From: Squalus acanthias
Taxonomy: Eukaryota
DNA length: 20,000 bases
Direction of reading: 5' to 3'
Assembly (NCBI GenBank): GCA_030390025.1
Contig: JASTWF010000346.1
Coordinates: forward strand, 495,228 to 515,227
Shown here: positions 19,974-20,000 of the stretch, piece by piece
Layout: each line of letters begins with the position of its first letter
How positions within the stretch are numbered: the first letter of the stretch is position 1
Notes under the pieces: generated by a model
Databases searched by the model: none
What the model was told of the DNA's origin: nothing
What the model saw: only the letters and a program-made list of their open reading frames with translations
Made by a program: the position numbers and the translations under genes

Positions 19974-20000
19974 TTCAACGAACTTGCGCCTAAGGTTTTG

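Overview
Repeat-rich vertebrate DNA, most likely from a cartilaginous fish, inferred from the repeat families. About 8.6 kb (3467-12099) is one strand-asymmetric G-rich satellite (core GTGGGAGATC plus a G-run, 17-20 bp monomers) with higher-order periods of about 2.0-2.4 kb and about 82 bp. All the very long ORFs in the track are artefacts of this satellite. The flanks hold CR1 and L2 LINE fragments, four tRNA-derived DeuSINE/SacSINE1-like copies and a 23-bp minisatellite. The most informative structure is a Penelope-like retroelement system. One insertion (17442-18839) is flanked by a target-site duplication (TSD) and has a frameshifted GIY-YIG endonuclease remnant between two inverted pseudo-LTRs (pLTRs). 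A separate TSD-flanked 408-bp non-coding solo copy lies at 15276-15683. Each of the three pLTRs carries a minimal hammerhead ribozyme, and a fourth, degenerate hammerhead sits just after the endonuclease stop. Together they delimit a retrozyme-sized unit of about 310 nt whose 5' end matches the start of the solo copy. Two short minus-strand exon candidates (12760-12805, 2459-2499) suggest the satellite lies in an intron of an unidentified host gene. No intact protein-coding gene can be named.
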